NCBI GenBank assembly: GCA_958295975.1
Contig: OY282446.1
Span: 595,289-659,288, forward strand
Source of the DNA: Tepidiformaceae bacterium
Lineage (GTDB): Bacteria > Chloroflexota > Dehalococcoidia > Tepidiformales > Tepidiformaceae
Direction: 5' to 3'
Length of the DNA: 64,000 bases
The notes beneath the pieces are model-generated. The model made no database searches, was not told the DNA's origin, and saw only the letters and a program-made list of their open reading frames with translations. The position numbers were made by a program, and so were the translations under genes. Positions 59,729 to 64,000 of the stretch are shown piece by piece; the stretch's first letter is position 1; each line of letters opens with the position of its first letter.

Positions 59729-60940
59729 ATGGCGGACGCGGACAACGCGGACATCGATCGCGCGCGCTGGATCGCCCTGCGGCGCGCGGGCCTGGGGTCG
59801 GAGAGCTTTCGCAACCTGATCGCCCGCTTCGGCGGCGTCGCCGAGGCGTGGGACGCGCCCGACGGCGAGGCCAAGCGCGCGGGGCTGCGCACGCAGTACG
59901 TGCGCGCCTTCGAGCGGGCGCGGCGCACGTTCGACCCCGAACGGGAGCTGGCGGCGCTGGCCGAACACGACGTGCGCACCCTCACCTGGGAGGACGCGGA
60001 GTACCCCGAGCTGCTCAGGGAGATTCCCCAGAGCCCGCCCGTGCTGTTCGCCCGGGGGAGCGCGGGGCCGCGCTTCGCGCAGGCGCTGGCGGTGGTGGGC
60101 ACGCGTGACGCCACGCCCTACGGACGGGAGGCCTGCGAGCAGCTGTGCGGGGCGGCGGCGCGCGCGGGCGTGGCCATCGTGAGCGGGCTGGCGCGCGGCA
60201 TCGACGCCCTCGCCCACCGCGCCGCGCTCGACGCGGGCGCGCCCACGGTGGCCGTGCTGGGCGGCGGCATCGACGCCATCTACCCGCGCGAGCACGCGGG
60301 GCTGGCGGAGCGCATCATGGCGAACGGCTGCCTGCTCTCGGAGTACCCGGTGGGGTCGAAGGCGAGGCCGGACCACTTCCCGCGGCGCAACCGCATCATC
60401 GCCGGGCTGGCGCAGGCCACGCTGGTGGTGGAGGCGGGCGAGCGCAGCGGGGCGCTGCTCACGGCCGACCACGCGCTGGAGCAGAACCGCGAGGTGCTGG
60501 CCGTGCCGGGCGACATCTTCTCGCCGCGCAGCAAGGGCGTGAACCGGCGCATCCGCGAGAGCGGGGCGAAGCTGGTGGGCTCGGCGGAGGACCTGCTCGA
60601 GGAGCTGAACCTGCTCAGCGTGGGGGCGCAGCCGCCGTTGCCGGAGATGCCGCGGGTGGCCCCTGCCGCGCCACGCGGGGAGACGGGTCCGCGCGAGTCC
60701 GCTCCCATTCCCGCTCCCGCCGAAACGGCGGCGGCAGCGCCCGCGCCGCCGGAGCCCGAGCCGGCGAACGACGCCGAGGGGCGCGTGCTCCAGTGCCTGG
60801 AGGGCGGGCCGCTGCACGTGGACGAGGTGGCGCGGCTGGCGGAGCTGCCGATCCAGGCGGTGACGGCGGCGATGCTGACGCTGGAGCTGCGGGGGCTGGT
60901 GCGGCAGCAGGCGCCGATGACCTACCGGCGCGCGCCGTAG
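59729..60940 (+). CDS. dprA: DNA-processing protein DprA
   Basis: VGTRDATPYGRE...IVSGLARGIDALAHRAAL...VLGGGIDAIYPREH Rossmann-like core, plus a C-terminal winged-helix tail. Confidence 0.9.
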   Translation: MADADNADIDRARWIALRRAGLGSESFRNLIARFGGVAEAWDAPDGEAKRAGLRTQYVRAFERARRTFDPERELAALAEHDVRTLTWEDAEYPELLREIPQSPPVLFARGSAGPRFAQALAVVGTRDATPYGREACEQLCGAAARAGVAIVSGLARGIDALAHRAALDAGAPTVAVLGGGIDAIYPREHAGLAERIMANGCLLSEYPVGSKARPDHFPRRNRIIAGLAQATLVVEAGERSGALLTADHALEQNREVLAVPGDIFSPRSKGVNRRIRESGAKLVGSAEDLLEELNLLSVGAQPPLPEMPRVAPAAPRGETGPRESAPIPAPAETAAAAPAPPEPEPANDAEGRVLQCLEGGPLHVDEVARLAELPIQAVTAAMLTLELRGLVRQQAPMTYRRAP

Positions 60941-60990
60941 GGGCGGCGGGGGCGATGCGCGAATCTTCACATTCGGGGGCGGGGGGCAAT

Positions 60991-61020
60991 TTGACAGGAT
61001 GGGCGGCAGGCCCCATTCTT
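60991..61020 (+). promoter_or_regulatory. candidate rRNA operon promoter
   Basis: TTGACA at 60991-60996, a 17-nt spacer, then CATTCT at 61014-61019. It lies about 120 nt upstream of the 16S 5' end. The -10 element is weak. Confidence 0.35.
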
Positions 61021-61051
61021 CTCCTTCGGGCCTGTCGCAGGGTCCGGCGGA

Positions 61052-61060
61052 CTTTAACAA
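61052..61060 (+). promoter_or_regulatory. boxA-like antitermination element (leader)
   Basis: CTTTAACAA matches the core of the E. coli rrn boxA (TGCTCTTTAACAA). A related copy lies upstream of 23S. Confidence 0.4.
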
Positions 61061-61135
61061 CTGGATAGCGGACGAAAGAGAACGTCTGGGAACCCGTCGA
61101 GGGAATGATCCCGGTCTCCGGATCGGGTGGAAGCT

Positions 61136-62640
<1,505 letters not shown>

Positions 62641-62811
62641 AGGGAGTACGCCCTTCCGGCAAGACGCCCCGGCACGCGGTGTGCCGGAGCGCGGAAGGGA
62701 ACAACCCCCAGGTCGATCGTCGCGGGTTCGCCCCGCGGCGTCCCAACAGGCCTTCAGGCGGCCTGCTTCCGTCCGCTATTCAGCTCTTAAAGGCCGTGCC
62801 GGCCCGACCGG

Positions 62812-62888
62812 GGGCCATTAGCTCAGCTGGTTAGAGCGCAGTCCTGATAAGACTGAGGTCTCTGGTTCGAGTCCAGAATGGCCCACCA
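62812..62888 (+). tRNA. tRNA-Ile (anticodon GAT)
   Basis: GGGCCAT/ATGGCCC acceptor stem, anticodon loop CCTGATAAG, TPsiC arm GGTTCGAGTCC, encoded CCA. Confidence 0.95.
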
Positions 62889-62906
62889 CCGCCGTGGCCA
62901 GGGCGC

Positions 62907-62982
62907 GGGGCCGTAGCTCAGCTGGGAGAGCGCCGCCTTTGCAAGGCGGAAGTCGGGAGTTCGATTCTCCCCGGCTCCACCA
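62907..62982 (+). tRNA. tRNA-Ala (anticodon TGC)
   Basis: GGGGCCG/CGGCTCC acceptor stem with a G3:U70 pair, anticodon loop CTTTGCAAG, GGTTCGATTCC-like TPsiC arm, encoded CCA. Confidence 0.95.
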
Positions 62983-63066
62983 TCGGGCAACCTGCGGGAC
63001 CGGCGGCACGGGCTTCGCGATCGGCGAGCGCCAGGGGGCGCTCGCCGGCGGCGAAGCCGGAAACGG

Positions 63067-63080
63067 ACCTTCACAACTGA
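63067..63080 (+). promoter_or_regulatory. boxA-like element in the spacer upstream of 23S
   Basis: ACCTTCACAACTGA compared with the leader ACTTTAACAACTGG at 61051-61064 shows 11 of 14 identical positions. Confidence 0.3.
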
Positions 63081-63173
63081 AGAGCGATGGAACTGCGAAC
63101 GGGTTCGGCGTGCGTCCCCTCGGGGATGGGTGCCGGAGCCGGGAGAGATCCAATGCGTGCGAGCCTTGATTGA

Positions 63174-64000
<827 letters not shown>

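Overview
This is a densely coding, high-GC bacterial chromosome segment. Typical 60-nt lines hand-count at about 70-75% G+C. It ends in an rRNA operon: 16S, tRNA-Ile(GAT), tRNA-Ala(TGC), then the 5' part of 23S. I did not try to assign a lineage; the 16S is complete enough to do so.

Core content:
- A long minus-strand chain of overlapping or abutting housekeeping genes: alaS, a hypothetical gene, ruvX, mltG, aroE, a hypothetical gene, aroC, aroK/aroB, tgt and a small ORF.
- SOS genes lexA and dinB, each with a GAAC-N4-GTTC-type box.
- folC plus an MTHFR-like gene, hppA, rnhB/yraN, holA, dprA, mug and an MMPL transporter.
- Three orphan Rieske oxygenase alpha subunits.
- Two F420/flavin-type oxidoreductase families, and several dehydrogenases and hydrolases.
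- Three GT-C (ArnT/PMT-like) membrane glycosyltransferases that share an unassigned Cys-containing C-terminal module.

Four compositional anomalies stand out against the GC-rich background:
1. A tandem duplicated, AT-rich GT-C gene pair at 1.2-5.1 kb.
2. A lower-GC Fic-domain gene broken by a +1 frameshift at 15.4-16.9 kb.
3. A 1.1-kb AT-rich orphan gene wedged between adh and holA at 39.3-40.5 kb.
4. A 1.57-kb AT-rich islet at 48272-49843, the most striking of the four.

The islet sits exactly at the hypothetical/aroC junction of the aro operon and is bounded by perfect 29-bp direct repeats. The repeats duplicate the RBS and GTG of aroC together with the 3' end of the upstream gene. The islet carries an opposite-strand reading frame with an N-terminal nucleoside 2-deoxyribosyltransferase/TIR-like domain. 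That frame is split by a single in-frame TGA. I consider it the best candidate for an undescribed conflict or defence-type module.

I saw no CRISPR array, transposase or integrase. Many long listed ORFs are GC-driven shadow ORFs, and I rejected them.
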